Shown: positions 26,203 through 40,888 of the stretch, piece by piece
Layout of the letters: each line of letters begins with the position of its first letter
How positions within the stretch are numbered: the first letter of the stretch is position 1
NCBI GenBank assembly: GCA_951406725.2
Contig: OX597826.1
Span: forward strand, 16,802,001-16,866,000
Reading direction: 5' to 3'
Length of the DNA stretch: 64,000 nt
Source of the DNA: Octopus vulgaris
Lineage: Eukaryota
Made by a program: the position numbers and the translations under genes
The notes under the pieces: generated by a model
Told to the model about the DNA's origin: nothing
Seen by the model: only the letters and a program-made list of their open reading frames with translations
The model's database searches: none

Positions 26203-26310
26203 TGGCAAGCAACCGAATAATTGTCTCATCTTATATTACAGATAAATTCCTCTATTTACACACACACACACACACACACATACACACACACACACACATA
26301 CATACATACA

Positions 26311-26373
<63 letters not shown>

Positions 26374-26649
26374 TGTATATTATAATATAGGTGGCCTGTT
26401 AGCAATTCAAACCTAAAGGCAAATTTATAAACAAAGGCACGATATAATACCTGTATTGCTAGAAACAAGAGTCAAAAACGACTCAAAAGCCAAGAAAACC
26501 ACTAACTCAATACGTTGACGAAAGAGAGGAAGCAAGGAAGCTCCTTACTGTAGTGACACAAACTCACAAAGAAAGTACTGGATATATCCATATAAAGGGA
26601 TATCGAACTTTGATCAATTTAATCTTATTTCTCGTCAGCAGATCTCCCT

Positions 26650-27250
26650 GTGCTTCAAAATTACTTTGCGCAAAATAAAAACTACTTCTCTTATTATGTC
26701 TCTCCTTCATGGTTGTGTATGCTGAGTGTACGACGATTTTGTACGGCTACACATTTTTGGTCATACACAGATCCTAACTTGAAACAAATCTGATTTATAT
26801 AAAACAGTAGATTCAGAGGATTCGGTACATGTGGAATGAAAATGAATACTGACGAATTCATTTTAGACAGATTATTAGAAACAGATTTTTTTTTTATTTA
26901 GAAGAGTAGAGAATAAAAACTTCCTGTAACTAGATTCCCATATTATTACTATGATGCTGTCGTCTTTACAGCCATCTATGGACAGGATCATCTGTGTGTT
27001 CATTGAAAAAAATTAGAATTTAATTAAATTAATGAAGAAATTTATATGCAGCTGCACTTTGTGTCAAGACAATTCATTCCCATGTTCCTAGTAAGAGAAT
27101 GACAATGATATTTAGCTTGAAGTGATCTCTAGCAGATTCAGGAAATAAATTCCAGACATGAAGGTAAAATGTCTGAAATTAAGAGTAGCAAATACTTAAG
27201 TTTTGAAAATTATGAGATTAGAAAGAACTATGTTATTATGAGACAAATTA
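26650..27250 (+). mobile_element. Possible pogo/Tigger DDE fossil
   Basis: MLSSLQPSMDRII resembles TSxLQPMDQGII. Little else survives. Confidence 0.35.
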
Positions 27251-29099
27251 CCTATCACGAAATACAAAATATTGAGAGTAGGAACCCCATACGATCAATT
27301 TTAAAGTATAGATACAGAAGGGATGCAGTAGGTTCGCAGGTAGGCTGGTATAGAATGTAGACAGACACACCGGAGTAGCTAGCTACGATAGTTCATATGT
27401 ATTAAATTCCTTCTAATGCTTAGAAATTTTCTAAGAATTATTTAATAAATTTCATATTCTAGCTGATATAATTAGCAGTGGATGTAGAGATTTGAAAACA
27501 TAGTCTCTACAATAAGAATAGAGTTGTGGTTATTACTTCTTATAATAAGAAATGGATTCTCTCCCAAAAGAAAGATATGCTATGGTATTTGTGCACGAAG
27601 TACGATGCAGCACAGTAGCGGGTCTTGAATATGGTGTATGCGAAGGCAATAAAGCAATGAACTGAACATGCTGCGCTGGAAGTATACTAATAGTGTTCGG
27701 AACGAGAGAAAATACATGTATGAGAGAAAAGCTGATTATACAAGACAAAAATGCTGTGTACTACAGAGAGGATTGTGTCTGCGTCAATTCATTCGACTAA
27801 AAATTCTTCCAGGCGGTGACCCAGCATGTCCGCAGTGAAATGGCTGAAACAAGTAAGACAAGTAAAATACCCTGCCTCTTCTTCTTGCTCACTTTCCCTC
27901 CTCTTTTCATTTCACTGCGTCCCTGTTTATTTTTCTTGCCCCTCTTTAATTCTTCTGTTCTTCTTTCTCTACCTCTCTCTCTCTCTCTCTCTTCCTCTCC
28001 CCACGTGACCGGTGCATGGAATGTGTTTAACTGTGGTTGAGATCATGGAATGTGTTTAAATAGTCACGTAAAGTGTAATGCTCTCAAAATTGCCAAAACT
28101 TGTACAAATGAGAAGCTTAAATAAGCAAGAAAAGGAGTGATAAAAGTGATCTCAAGAATCTGAACGATACAATTTGGATCAACATCAAATCTGAACTGTA
28201 GTGCCGGGTGGATTTCGAGAAGACCCACTCACCCGCACAATCATGCAAAAGTGAGAGTAAATAACAGCGGAGAGTGATGAGAGTAAGATGTTCAACCTGC
28301 ACCCTTTGTGAAAGCGTACGAAAAGGATGATGAAGTTGATCATAATAACTAAGATGATTAGGAGGAAGAGGTTGTAATAAATGTAAGAATAAAAAACTAT
28401 AGTGATGTTTCAAATTACAGACTTTTGAGTTAAAACGCAAAAGTCTGCACATAACTAAAAAATATATTTAAAGTTAACTAAACTATGCCAAATTTTTGAA
28501 TAGCTCAGTTGTTTTAAGGAAAAACTAATCAAAATAAAAAAAAAGAGATAAACTACTATAACACTTTTTTCCCAATTAGATGAATGATAGATTGTCTTGA
28601 AAAGAAGATATATACTAACATTTTCTTACTTGAGAAAGCAAATCATCTTCTATTTTCTACTTGATTGATTAGAGAAGATTGGGAAAATCTATTAAGGCAG
28701 TGAACTGTCTGAAAAGCAACATTTACAGAAGACTAGTGTCTTCTATTAGTTCTGTATATATTCAGGCAAAATATGGGTTTAGTATGTATAAGACGTGTCA
28801 TGACTAGCTGATGTGCCACAGAAAAGATATATATGTCGTGGTAACATATCCTTCTTCCTTTCTTGTCGAAGTGCAAGAAGTTAGTTACGTTTTCTATTTC
28901 CTATTTTTAGTTACAAATTTCAGTAATCTTGTTCTCAAATCGCGAACAAATTAAGTAATCTTGTCGCGTTGGTAATGGTGGCTTCCTATGAGATTTACAA
29001 ATAGCCAATATATTTCTTTCTTGCCTTTTCTCCTGCTTTCTCATACCCCATCCTTCTTCGCTATCTCTCTATCTCTCTCTCTCTCTCTCTTTATCTCTT

Positions 29100-30270
29100 G
29101 CACATAACTTTTCTATTGCAGATAACTGATATAGGTCGTTCAACTGCACGTGCTTGTAGAGTAATACTTCCAATACACAAAATTACTATTCAACGAAATC
29201 CGTATCTCAAGCCAAACATTAACGCCATTGCTGAATCCAACTCTCAAATTGTCTTTTAAGAGTTAAGCCTGCACTTGTGTACCTACTTCATCACAGCCAC
29301 TTTCACCTCACCTCTGTCATCAAATTGTTGCCCTCGAAGATTGACAATATTCTTTAGAACAAACAGTTGGAAACAGGAAGGTGCCATGTTCGGGAAGCAG
29401 TGTTTATATTGGTCACTAAACATCCGAATTTTGCAATTGCCTGATTTACTTTACCAAAGACGTGGGTACAATTGCTGTGGACGTAGATTCTTCTTCGGTC
29501 TCTTTTTCCTAATGATCTCTCTGAATTTCCTGAGTGTCTCAATGTATCACTCGCTAATCGCGTTACTGCTACGTTTTAGAAAACAAAGGAGAATGAAGCC
29601 ATTTTGATTACGCAAATCAGTTATCATGACTTCCTGTACTGATCGCTGGCTCTTGAACTTCTTGAGCCTTGGAGAGGAGTTTTCCTCTTTGGATAGCAAA
29701 GACGCTGTCTCCTCTCATACCCTCTTTTACAACAGATCAAATTAGACATCCACACTTCTCTACTTCAAACTGGGCGTCAACTGCCGAGGTACCTGCATTG
29801 CAAACACATTTTGATACTTAGTGCCTGCTCCGATTTTCTGTAATGCACTCTGCTTACACTCCATTTGTGAGTCCTAGCTCGTAAATAATGATATCTGTCG
29901 GAGGAAATGAAATGGTCCACTCGCTGGCAATTCCTCTCAATGATTGCCTTTGAAACTTTCGCACATCGTGGTTTGTCTTCGATTCTTCCTCTTTTAAAAT
30001 TCTTTATTGGTTTGCGCATATTCATGATGACCGCGTTGTCTCTATAAACTATTTGTAATCTTCTACGGATGTTAAAGAGTCTGCAAGCCTCCTTAATCAA
30101 GAACTCAGTGGGACCGCATCGCTTGAATCACACTTTTTACTTGCAATAGAGAAGATGAAGATGAAAATTTATTCTACACAAGATTTTCATGCTTTCGTCT
30201 CCCAACTCGCGCAATTTGAATGACACACTACAGTCAATAAAAACCAGTGATGTTCTCTTTCGTATTACGT
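29100..30270 (-). mobile_element. Decayed mariner (DD34D-type) transposon
   Basis: Minus motifs FKRGRIEDKPR, PRLKKFKSQRSVQEVM (PRPKKFK..SAGKVM) and FPNMAPSCFQLF (YSPDLAPSDFHLF). Confidence 0.75.
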
Positions 30271-30802
30271 TTACACATACAGCCCCATCACACGCACACA
30301 TATAAATATACTTATAATATTGAAATTTATGTATTTTTCTCAATTATGTATTACACTCTATTCACCATAAAACAGATATCCCCTACCATACGTAGTTGTA
30401 TGCATACATACATTTACCGCACCTGTTATTCATATGCAACCATAGATTGGGTGATAACAAGTTACAACCAGTTATTATTACGGAAAGAAACGTCTAAGAA
30501 GCTACGTAGACTGGTGACTCTTAGGACAATGGTTTATAATTTCAGGAAGTGGATTAAATGAAGTTTATGGCCCATGAAAGACTTAGATTTGAATTAGACA
30601 CACTCCCATAATCACATTTTATTCAATCATTGAGGGCGCTGTCATTGGTAGATAAGCGGACACTATTAAAAATATATGTTAAACTAATATGAATATATGT
30701 GGAGGAACAACCCAAAGACTGATCCTCCAAGAAAGGCATGTTAGGCCCTGGGGTCGCTTCAAAAATCTCATAATCTATTTTCTCAAACACTGTTTTGCAT
30801 AC

Positions 30803-31193
30803 TCTCTTTTACTCTTTTACTCTTTTACTTGTTTTTAGTAAGTTGACTGCGGCCATGCTGGAGCACCACCTTTAGTCGAGCAAATCGACCCCGGGACTTA
30901 TTCTTTGTAAGCCCAGTACTTATTCTATCGGTCTCTTTTGCCGAACCGTTAAGTGACGGGGACGTAAACACACCAGCATCGGTTGTCAAGCAATGCTCGG
31001 GGAACAAACACAGACACACAGACATACACATATATATATACATATATACGACAAGCTTCTTTCAGTTTCCGTCTACCAAATCCACTCACAAGGCATTGGT
31101 CGGCCCGGGGCTATAGCAGAAGACAGGTGCCCAAGATGCCACGCAGTGGGACTGAAACCGGAACCATGTGGTTGGTTACCACACAGCCACTCC
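30803..31193 (-). mobile_element. Family B SINE (CORE-like, OR-type), near full length
   Basis: Reverse complement of the 48815 copy, with an (AGTAAAAG)n tail. Confidence 0.92.
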
Positions 31194-32903
31194 ATGCATC
31201 ATTATTTATCAATACTTTTTAAATGGTGCTGCTATCAAGTTCGCCAGTCATAAGACACAACATTTTTACCTCACCTGTTCCATATTATCCTCAGAGAGAT
31301 CAAAGAAAAAAACAGAAGGTTTTTCAATGGGTACCGAGACATATTCCTCAAAGCAGTACCAAATAAATTGGTGATAGCAGGAGGCAAATTAGCTCGCAAC
31401 TCCCTACTCGAGAGCGTATGTACTGTAAAAATATAATTTTGATAACAAATCGACATGTCGCTATAAAGCGGAGAAATGGGCTGGGCGAATAATTGCGAAA
31501 AAGTACTTATGTATATGCGTGTGTGTGTGTAATATTTTGTTCGACTCTTCGTCTTCGTCCACTATCATAAATCACACTCTGTGTCGTTCTACTTGTTTCG
31601 CTTTGCTTTGTCTTGTTTCGCTTGCTCTTGTCCCTAATTCTCCGCCAAAAAATGTTTGTGGGCACCGCCAATTGGGAAACACTCAGCCTTATCGTGAAAG
31701 GTGCGAAACTGATGAAGAATTACGGACCCTCTGTTAGTCTCCCGCTCGTTTTTACATTCAGTAAAATGTATAACTGTTTGGTTATACATTTTTCATTTAT
31801 ATATGTATATACATATACATACATACATACATACATACAAGTATATAGATTCAACCGATAATATATTATGTTTTCTTTAAAAGAATATTAGGTAGATATA
31901 CATTTTTCTATATGTCCAAAATTAATAAAACAAAGTCAGTTACCGGAACATGTGGCAGCTCAAAGACAGACACAAAATACAAGTCAGAATGGAGTATTAT
32001 GCGATTCTACACAAAATAGTGTGTGGATATTGTGCTGCCAAGAAAATCCTGGAGTCCTGCTATCAGACTAATCAGTACAGAAGAGAAAAGTTATGGAATA
32101 ATCAAATGTAATCATAGGCTTCTTTGAACATTTAGATTCTACAAGAAAAGTCAATATAAGAAAAGTTAGATTTTAATATTTTAGACAATAAGTTATTGTA
32201 TTGCTTTGATAATGCTTGTAACATTTTCTAATGATGGTAACTTCATTCTTTAATCTCCGCAAACATATCAACACAGCAGTTATGTATTACTCAATGTCAG
32301 ATTCTTGATTCAAATTAACAATATCGATTGTGCTTCGAGGTTTTGTTAAATAGGAAATCAACAGTATGATTTCTTATGGTTTTCAATTACATCTGTTTGA
32401 TGTAATTTATTAGAAACTTATTTATTTTAATCACTTTATTTTAGTGTTCGCTTTTATAATTATAGTTATTATTTCATTGTATCCCGATTGTATCTATATG
32501 CTATGTTTACCGGTGTTTGTTTATTAAATTTTATTTAAATCTATCTAAGACTAGCATATGCGCATAGTGTGCTATGGTATAACTTCAATATTTATCACAC
32601 TTTATTATCAGATACGTCTTCAAAACACGTCAATACAATTATATAAGCTGTAAGTCGACGTTAACCTACTAGTATTATACGTGAACTATAATCTTTAAGC
32701 TTTGTACACGTTTTAGTGTATGTGCGGATGCGCGTGCGTTTGTACATTTGTACATAGGAATTCCATTATAATCCTGTGTTTATCGTTATTTCTCCAACAC
32801 ACCTACACACACACACATAAATATATATGTATATATGAGAAGCCATATATACATAAAAACGTATTTAATAGTAGAACTCAGAGGAAACAAAGCTATAGAT
32901 AAT

Positions 32904-33093
32904 ACTTTCTACTATAGGCAATAGGCCTGAAATTATGTGGAATGTGGGGCTAGTCGTTTGATTATTTCATCGGTCCCCAAAGTATTAAAGCAAAGGTGCC
33001 CTTTGCAGGATTTGAACTTAGAACGTAAAGAAGGACGAAATGCTGCTAAACATTTGGTCTCGCGTGCTAACGATTCTGTTGTTTTCCCGCCTA
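32904..33093 (-). mobile_element. Decayed family A SINE
   Basis: CTTTCTACTATAGGCA..GGATTTGAACTTAGAACG..GCTAACGATTCTG..CCGCCT. Confidence 0.7.
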
Positions 33094-33147
33094 AGACAAA
33101 GCTATACATAAAGGTATGTAAATATTGGGTTATAAATAAAACCTCTG

Positions 33148-33515
33148 ATCGTGGCTATGTGGTTAGAACTTTACTTTCCAACCACATCATTGTGGGTTTA
33201 GTCCAGCAGCGTGGCGCCGTGACGGTGTGTCTTCTACAAAAGACCCGGACCACCAAAAACCTTGTTAGTAGATTTCGTTAGCAGAAACCGAAACAAGCTC
33301 TTCGTACATGCATATTTGTGTGTACATCAACATGTGTGTTTCCTTGCATATATATTTATCTCCCCATCAGCACTTGGAAATCGGTGTTAGTTTATTTACG
33401 TTCCCGTAACTTAAAGGTTCAGCGGATTAAAAGAAATGTACTTTTCTCGATTAGTCTTACTAAATCCTTCAATTCGGTGCCCATGAATAGCCACAGTCTA
33501 ATCTCCAAAACGTAA
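33148..33515 (+). mobile_element. Decayed family B SINE
   Basis: CGTGGCTATGTGGTTAG..CCAACCACAT..TTTACGTTCCCGTAACTTA. Confidence 0.65.
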
Positions 33516-33679
33516 AAATATATAAATAATGAAAACACAAAAAGACAAAGATTGTCCTTAAGAGTAGAATTCGTATCAGGACAGACGATTTACCATGGGA
33601 CTTTCGAACTTCTCCATCTTTTTTAGAAGTTTCTTATTTTCTAATCAGTGGGTACCGCATGTTCATTATGTCATATATA

Positions 33680-34850
33680 TTTGGAAACTTCGTGAGACAA
33701 GAAATAAAACATTTTAAGCGGTTGACTCTAAGTAGATATATTTCTAAACAATAATGTGTAAATACTGAGTTAAAGAAAATCCATGGCTAGAAAAATGAGA
33801 AGGCTTCAGACGGGACACGAACCGATATCTTTGTAAAACATTATTGTATAAATTTTCATGATGTAAACATGTACTCGCTGATAAAATCGAAGATTCTAAA
33901 GTGAATAAAAAATTCGAAGTACTTCTTTTGTGAAATGCCAGAATCACCGTCGAGTTTACTAAAAATATGGGTTAGAGTCCCGTCTGAAGTTTTCAGTTTC
34001 AGTTTTCTATCTAATGTCTAAGGTTATCTAACATGAGTTTATCCGTTAAAACGATGCACTCACACACACACACACATACATACACACAGACGCACACATA
34101 CGTATCATGAGTATGCTTGTATGTGCATAGTTGTGCGTGTATAAATATACATGTACATATTAGGTCACTGAATTTAGAGGAAATAAAATCCAAATACCAT
34201 TCCATACAAACTTCAAGCCTGAGGTAATGATATCTAGCTTGAGGTTATCACTGTCATCACAGAATTAAAAAGTAAAGAAATTAATGACGATGTAGCGTTA
34301 TCACATTCTATAATGAGTGACGCACTTTGCATAATTTGTAGAATGTGTTATCAAAATGATGTAAAGCCATGCGATACTAACTGACACTTCTACTGATTGC
34401 GAAGTCTCAAAACTGATCACAAATATAACACTGAAAAAGAATAGTAGTATATTTTTCGGGGTTTCCATTTGTAACTAGTCTCAAGAAATAAGAACTGTCA
34501 TTTAATATTCTATGAGATTACATAATTACGTACACATCTATGTACGTTTGAATCCATATGTAACTCGGTTTGCATATGTATTGTGTATTCATCTTGTAGA
34601 ATTTGAAACTTAAAATACGTGAGAAATTACTAGTATTTAAAGCCTCATACGTATTGCCATTTAAGATTTTGTTCTTGTTTGATTTGCAATGAATCCTAAG
34701 TCTGAAGATTTCACAATGATGCAGAAAGTGAAAGATGTTTTATAATATATATAGCAACACCATCTTATAAGAAATGATTGTGAGTTATGAATATAAATTG
34801 CATAATCACGATGTGAGATTGAGTACAATAGTAACACGTCTCTGACAATT
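33680..34850 (-). mobile_element. Probable hAT transposase fossil
   Basis: Minus remnants ILQDEYT (LIQDVxT) and SVRVPSEAFS (TSVPSERxFS, dimerisation domain). Confidence 0.4.
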
Positions 34851-36329
34851 TAACAATATGACGTGATTATGTCACTTTCATTATGTTATTGAAAAATCGT
34901 TTGTATATAATGAAACGTACGTAAGATGATGTAACTGAGTATTTTATTAACAATCTATTGTGTTGTATTTGCTGCACTGGGTGTGTATGCGTGTGTATTC
35001 GCGCGCGCATATGTGTATGTGTGTGTGTGTTTGATTGTTTGATTATTCCAGTTTATTAACTGGACAAAATGAACTGAATGTAAATGCGAAAGTGTATACA
35101 TATTGTCACGGTGAAGTTAGAATTGCCATATAACCCTCTCATAACTAGAGTCTTATGTCGCAAATCTCTACACGCTGGTCGAACAATGACCAAATGGCTA
35201 ATAATATACATACACAACACACACACTTATACATGTATATGAAAGGACAAACAGCGAACAGAGTGAGGGGCGAGAAGAAAATGATACGTGGCGAAAGAGA
35301 GAAGATTTCAGATGCATATTCGTCTTGTTGAGTGTGAGATACATCTTCACAAATCCTATGATAGAAATATTAATCCACATATGGCAGAACCAGATCCCAA
35401 TTTCTTTCTTTCTCGAAACAAGTATTTGTCATCATATCCTTTTTCACATCTCTCTCACTTTGTTTCTTAAGTATCATATCCTGCATTGAATGTTTCTTTT
35501 TTACATTTCTCTATATGATTTCTATTTTTCATGCAGTGTACCGTTCTCGTAACAATGTATTCCGAAATTCTGTTCAGTCTTTGATATTTAAATATGAAAA
35601 TTGACATTCCATTATCTGTGCCCTTACTAGAAAAGAGTATATAGATCTTTTCGAAATGATTATGAAATAAATTTAATGTAATATGAATTATAAATTCCCT
35701 AGTAAATTAATACATTGATGTTCAGTTCGATATCCTCATAAAATCACTGACATTGGTGCTAACCAATGTACAATCATTCGATCTACTTGCAGAGCGTAGT
35801 TATATATCAATATTCTTGACAGGATAGTAAATATGATTCTCATGTTGATGTATTTTTACGTTTCAACATAAACTGAATCTAATTAATAAGTCATAAATTT
35901 GTGTTTTAGTAGAAGTCATAACGATGCTTCTTTCCAGAGATTTAACTACATATATTTATTATTTTTTACAACAGTGCTAGTAAAAGTTGCCAAAACAATC
36001 ATATTCGTTGCAAACTTTTTATGGATTCATTTTTACGTCGTAGAATACTAGCGGTTTCCGCAAATTCCTAAGTTTACAATGTTGCAATATTAGACATATC
36101 TATTAAGGATCGTGATAAAAGGATATCAAAGTCATTTGAAGGAAATTGAATCATGTATTTGTCAGTCTCTGAGCCACACTATACAGTGAAATAAATTGGT
36201 TGGTTGCATGGAAGGATGCTTTGGGTCAGTAAACGTAAAGGAAATGAATGTTATGTACGCCGGCGAAGAATCAATGAATATCGAAGAATCAAATAAATAT
36301 CTTATTACTCGGATTTCTCTGAAATTGAG

Positions 36330-36545
36330 TATCATTTTATATCTGGTTCCTTGTGTTGTATGTCTTGTACTCTGTTTTTTCGTTATTTGAAAAAGTCCGT
36401 TTCCATGTTTTTGTTTTTATGTTTTCGTTTCTCATTGTGTTCTACGTTTTTTTTATGTCCTGTACCCATATATGCATGTATATATACATATAGAAGTAGG
36501 TATGTACATATATATATATGTATGTATGCATATGTTTTATTTATT
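36330..36545 (+). repeat. Unclassified (TA)n-associated interspersed repeat (copy 1)
   Basis: Reverse complement of 48366-48570 (GTACTCTGTTTTTTCGTT..GTTTTCGTTTCTCATTGTGTTC..GTACCCATATATGCATG). Confidence 0.85.
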
Positions 36546-36550
36546 AATGT

Positions 36551-36646
<96 letters not shown>

Positions 36647-36697
36647 GTATATATGTATACATATTATAATTAATTTTATTGTATCGCATTTATCTTT

Positions 36698-36756
<59 letters not shown>

Positions 36757-36899
36757 CACATATATGAGGCAGTGATAGAGACATAGAAAAAGAGACGGAG
36801 ACGTAAAGGAAGAAAGCAACGGACTTGAAAATTATTGGTGTGTCCTCGAGAAAGAAATGTTTACATCATATGAATAAGGCAAATTTATTTGACAGGCAA

Positions 36900-37750
36900 G
36901 CAACAGCAAGGCTTACAAGTTCACTTGTTCTATACTCCGGCTATCTCTGATTTTATTTGTGTAGATGCAATTATGTATGACATTATAACACTGGAAATGG
37001 GAAATTGGTATGTCCATAGCGTTAGTGTCATGAGACAAAGTATATTCAAATTTTAGAAACGACGTCACGGTCTTTGCCCATATAATGATTATATTTGCTT
37101 TCAATTCATACAGTGATATTATATTGATCCCTGGTCATGCGTATATAAATCACATTTTAATTAACTATGCAAGATAGCTGATACATCCAGCTATATCAAA
37201 AGGTTACTGTGTTCTTTCATTTCGCCAATATCCCATATGAAAGATCAACCTTTTGATAAGTTTATAAGAAAATCAACTATTCCTTTACCAGAACCATTCC
37301 TACGAGCAGCTCTAAAAATTTTGTCACTAATAAAAACCAACATGTTATAATACTACTTTTTAGTTACCTGCCTCCACAAAATTCTGTACTCGATCAACAA
37401 TATAAATATTGAAGTTTTAGAGTCACACCCTTGGTCGAAGAATAAATAAGTGAAACCTGCCTTCAGAAGTTATCTAAAAATCAGTCAGTTATTACTTACA
37501 TATTGCATTTTCAAAAGAAAACCGTGAATATTTTCATTTATTTTGTTCAATTGCGTGATGTACAATTCCATAGTATTCAAATGCAACAGCCCTGCTACAC
37601 TAATATAAGTACGCATTGGTAAACGAAAGAAAAGGAAAACCAATCTGAATGCTGACAATAGTAACATCAATATGGCTGAAAACGTTCCTTGCTCTAAGCA
37701 TACGTCAACTTCATTACATCTACATCAAAGATAGCGACATGGCAGCTGTC
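36900..37750 (-). mobile_element. Probable pogo-like DDE_1 transposase fossil
   Basis: Minus remnants RNGSGKG..F (SxNGW region) and TLSHDTNAMDIPISHFQCY (HTSHxLQPLDV..F..K..Y). Confidence 0.35.
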
Positions 37751-38024
37751 CAGTATTATACATCATCCTAATTATTAAGACAGCTGCATAATCAGAAACT
37801 GCGTTTCGCAATTAGTATTAGTGGCAATATGAAAAGCTGAGAAAACTGGAAGATTCTGATTGATATATTATTTCTCGCCGTAATAGTTCTCATTTCTCTG
37901 AATGTAATGTTGTCATGCAACATCATAAGACAGCAGAGTATTCTTGTGGTTTCTACCTTAAAAGTAATATTGATTGATACATATATATTTATGCATGAAC
38001 ATTATTTTTGATATGGAAACAACG

Positions 38025-38078
<54 letters not shown>

Positions 38079-38212
38079 TATGAAAGGGATGTGTAATATA
38101 AGTTTATATGTATGCAATATAATTTTTTCTGAAACTTCAGATTTTTAAATATGCTAGACCACTGATGTTAAATTAATATTAATCAAATTAATATTCAATT
38201 TTTCACCCTTAT

Positions 38213-38490
38213 TGTTTTACACTTTTACTTGTTTCAGTCATTTGACTCTGGCCATGCTGGAGCACCGCCATTCGCCGAGCAAATCGGCCCCAGGACTTAT
38301 TCTTTGCAAGCCTAGTACTTATTCTATCGGTCTATTTTGCCGAAATGCTAAGTTATACGGGGACGTAAACACACCACCATCGGTTATCAAGCGATGTTAG
38401 GGGTACAAACCCAGACGCACAAACATACACACACACACCCACACACACATACACACACACATACACACACACACACATATATATATATAA

Positions 38491-38567
<77 letters not shown>

Positions 38568-38615
38568 CATATATACGACGAGCTTCCTTCAGTTTCAGAC
38601 CACCAAATCCACTCA
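38213..38615 (-). mobile_element. Family B SINE lacking its head
   Basis: GGCCATGCTGGAGCACCGCC..GGGGACGTAAACACACC..CTTCAGTTTC..CCAAATCCACTCAC. Confidence 0.88.
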
Positions 38616-38685
38616 CTGTTATTGCTTAAGAACATTCAACATTACGCATAGACACGACTGCATACATATTTACATACATTATAGA

Positions 38686-38697
38686 CGTGTATGTATG

Positions 38698-38728
<31 letters not shown>

Positions 38729-38749
38729 GTATGTATGTATGTATGTATG

Positions 38750-38780
<31 letters not shown>

Positions 38781-38818
38781 GTATGTATGTATGTATGTAT
38801 GTATGTATGTATGTATAT
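38686..38818. repeat. (TATG)n microsatellite
   Basis: Directly visible. Confidence 0.97.
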
Positions 38819-39139
38819 GAGCATAAATTACTACGCACAGACCCACGCGTATATACTTAAATTTGTCGCTCTTCCCTTACATATGTGTGTGTGTGTGTGT
38901 GTATGTGTGTATGTATATATATACATACATACATATGCGTGTGTGTATGTGTGTGTGTGTATGAATCTATGTAAAATACTAACACGCATATAGCGTCTAA
39001 ATCAGCGTCGCCCGTTTTGGTAGATCTGCATTGAATGTAATCATGAAATATTATATAATATTACGTATATACATATATATGACATAATCCAAAATGGAGA
39101 CGCACACTGATGTTCCATATGATAGGCTTGATAATTGGT

Positions 39140-39174
<35 letters not shown>

Positions 39175-40888
39175 TGCTGACAGTGTGGTTAAGATTTACT
39201 ACTATGAAAGCTATGCTAATAATTATGATAAATTATATTGCATTGGGGACGATAATATATACGAAACCTGAAATAATATCAGAAAAGTTTAGATACAAAA
39301 ATGGTATTAATAACTATCACAAGTTTAAATGTTATAAGACATAATGATTTATATTATATTGATGTTGCTTGCAATAGTAAAACTGAAATACAAGTAGGTA
39401 TTCATTGTGGATATAGTTCCTGAAGTCTCCAAAAAGCGAAAAAAACAAACAACTGATGAAATATATTCAAAGTGAAAAGTGGAAGATGGATAATCTTCGC
39501 GTCTTAGTGAAATTAGTGGAGGAAGAAAATGTAGCGAGTGAATTGTTAAATGTTCATATTTCATGTAAGATATTTATTATAAATGGTGAATTAAGACGGA
39601 CGTGTGACTTGACACTAGTGCTGTATGTGAAGGATAAAAAGAATGATTAGGAAGAAAAAAGTGTGAAATGAGAAATCTATTAAAAGGGCGAGAATGGAAG
39701 TCAAAATGATTCTGGTAAGTTAGATGTAAAAGTAAGCAAAAGAAAGTAGTTCTTTTGGGCATAGTTTCCATATTAACGATGATATATTGAAAACTTATGG
39801 AAGATTGCGTAAAAGACAAAGCAGAATAAGTGACCTGCAGATACTTTGTAAACAATTTAACATTTATCAGTGAGTGTTTTATTCGTTATCTCTTTGCCAT
39901 GGTCAGTTATTTCTTACTAGAATCACGTGTTTTACAGGATACCATGAGAAAAACCTCATTACATTATTGAATTCGGGCAGATGGCTTGAAAAGGTCGAGA
40001 TAGCTTGAAAGCAATAACCGACGGGAGATCGTCATTGTAGCAAACCAAAAGAATGAAACATAAAGAGGCAAATAATGGAATACAAAACTAAATCGTAACA
40101 ATGTAAATTTGAATACGGCTGCCATGTTACTGTAGTATATATCAAAGAAAAGTTATTAACGTATTGTGGTAGGAAGCAAAAATGTGGACAGCAAAATCAA
40201 ACTCCAAATGATAGATATCAAAGGAGTGACGTCATGAAAGTGCAGCAAAACTAATGGTGGTACACCAGCATGTTGACAGCTCTCAAGCACAAACGAGTAA
40301 AAGAGTATATGTATGCGTTCGTGCATGTGTGTGTGTGTGTGTCACATAATCTCAGCCCCCTTTAATTTTGCTCAGATTGCTTTCAATTTTGGTGTATCGA
40401 TGCAAATCCGAATTTTGATTACGGTCAACAAATTGCTTTATCTCGTAAATTAAAGAATCAGACGTTATTTCGAATTAATGTTGGGAAATTTGGGTAATTT
40501 TAGCCAATCAACAGACAGCGTGGCATTAACAGCTTGTTACCATGACAAGCATGTTGTGTTTTGTTTCACTTCATCCGTACGTTGTGTTGTGTTGATTGTT
40601 CACGCAAAGAGCTTCATTTAAGTGAATGAGCTTCATTTAAGTGAATGAGGTTATTGTGTTACAACTGCTTAAATTTCAGAGCGAAATAATCTCTAAGTAG
40701 CAGCCTGGTCTGCATTAGATATTTTTCAAAGAATAATTTTCGAAATTAAATTTGAAAGAATACAAAAATAAAATTAGCGTTAAGTTTTACCGCATATTGA
40801 ATATTTGTAAATTGTTTTAGAATCTATAATAATATAAAACCAAATTTTTACAGGTTTTACTTAATAGAAACGAAAAAAGAAAAATATA

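Noticed and set aside
39300-40250. RTE-like LINE fossil (also 3850-4480)
   Set aside because: Composition is suggestive, but no motif could be read with confidence.
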